This document shows, one piece after another, positions 62,684 through 64,000 of a stretch of DNA of 64,000 nt. The position numbers and the translations under genes were made by a program. How positions within the stretch are numbered: position 1 is the first letter of the stretch; the number at the start of each line of letters is the position of its first letter. The DNA lies in NCBI RefSeq assembly GCF_009834535.1, contig NC_045697.1, positions 4,838,001 to 4,902,000 on the forward strand, given 5' to 3'. The notes under the pieces are model-generated. The model ran no database searches. It was given only the letters and a program-made list of their open reading frames with translations, and was not told the DNA's origin. The stretch is from Camelus ferus (taxonomy: Eukaryota).

Positions 62684-63656
62684 GTGAGACCACGTTAGCC
62701 ACGCCCTGGCTCCACCCCTTGCCAGCACGTCACTTTACCTTTTTCTCAGAGTCCACATTTCCTCACCTGCCGGACGGGGATGAAAACACGAATCTTGGGA
62801 GCTGCCAAGCAGATGGGTGAAAACCCCGGCCCGGGGCCAGCACGTAGAGGACATTCGATCAGGGGTCACGGCAGCTGCAGTGACCACAATGATTATTGCC
62901 CTTTCTTTTCTGTGATGGACAGGCACCCAAACCTTCTTCCCAGTCTTAAGTAAGTTTAATACAGAGAAGGATCCCCCAGGAACAAAGTTGGTCACTGAAA
63001 TCTGGGCCATGTAAAGGGGCCTATGAGATTGCACCCACCTTTCAACTTTTCTGTGTTGAGCCCGGAGGTTCTGGCTCATTCTTGGCCAGAGCTGCAGCAG
63101 CTCTCGCCTCCCTTCCCGAGGCCGAGCCCCAAGGCTGTGCTCACAGAGCCACATGCAGGACTACTTACCTACGTCTGCTACTAGCTGTGTTTTCTGTGCA
63201 TCCTAAGGTGGGCTTCCTGGTCTCTGTGAATCCCAGCAAACGTGATTTGTGACAGTGGCTTATGCTAATCACAAGCCATCTGAAGGTGGATGTCACTGAC
63301 CTTGCTTCAGTTCAATGACATCATCGTCACACTCTGTGATTCTTCCCAGCTTTCCTTCTTAGAGTTCCAGCCACCGTGTCTGTGTTCAGGTCAAGAAGGT
63401 ATAAGTAGACAGTAACCCTGCTGTCTTTCCTTTCCAAGGAAGTACATGCCCTGAAGTCCCTGAAGTAAATTCTTCTCGTGTCCCGAGGAGCCCTGGCCCG
63501 TGGACCCCCTGCCGCTGGTCAGGGCCTGCAAGACCAACACGTCCTCCTCAGTCTCCAAAAAGAGGGCCAGCAGGGAGCAGGGATGGGGGCGCCTTCAGGT
63601 GTCCAGCCAAGCAGAATCGGCCAGGCTGTCCACAGGCACACACAGCTTGCCACTTG

Positions 63657-64000
63657 TATTAACTTCTAGCAGAAGTATCAGCAGAAGCTGCTGTAATAAA
63701 TTACCACCCGAACACAAATATATTATCGTACGGCTCCGTAGGTCAGAAGTGTTACGTGGATTTTGCCAGACTAAAACCCAAGTGCTGGCAGGGTCGCACT
63801 CCTTCTAAGGCTCTGCGGAGAATCTGTTTCCTGCTCATTCAAGTAATTGGCAGAATTTGGTTCATTGTGGTTGTAGGACTAAGGTCCCCATCTCCTTGCT
63901 GGCTGTCAGCTGAGAGCTGTTCCCAGCTTCTAGAGGTGCTTGCATTTCTTGGCTCATGGCTCCCTTTCTTCATCTTCAAAGCCAACAAATTGCATCTCTC
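63657..64000 (-). mobile_element. MaLR LTR (MLT1-type), running off the window end
   Basis: Contains gctgctgtaataaattaccac...gtaggtcagaagt...ggttgtaggactaaggtcccc...catcttcaaagccaaca. Confidence 0.75.

Overview
Mammalian genomic DNA, probably camelid, judged from tRNA-derived SINEs resembling the camelid Vic-1 type. The whole window lies inside the EVC2 (limbin, Ellis-van Creveld 2) gene on the + strand. Ten consecutive internal coding exons are present, equivalent to human exons 10-19 (numbering from recall). Their lengths are 325, 240, 176, 160, 455, 205, 123, 228, 215 and 88 nt. All have GT-AG boundaries, and they splice into one uninterrupted frame of 2215 nt encoding the cytoplasmic coiled-coil region. 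The start and stop codons lie outside the window. The introns are filled with repeats: ERV1/MER41-like solo LTRs, MaLR/MLT, SINEs, MIR, L1 fragments, Tigger1 and MER58 DNA transposons, and simple repeats. I found no convincing previously undescribed biological system. The best leads are: an in-frame exon 11 bracketed by two same-family LTRs and preceded by a UGCAUG/UG-rich tract; a tail-less internal L1 ORF2 fragment with a 10-bp duplication; a nested LTR pair; MER41-like LTRs with altered STAT motifs; and a sense-strand LTR-like poly(A) signal upstream of exon 18. Repeat family names come from recalled consensus sequences, not from a database search.
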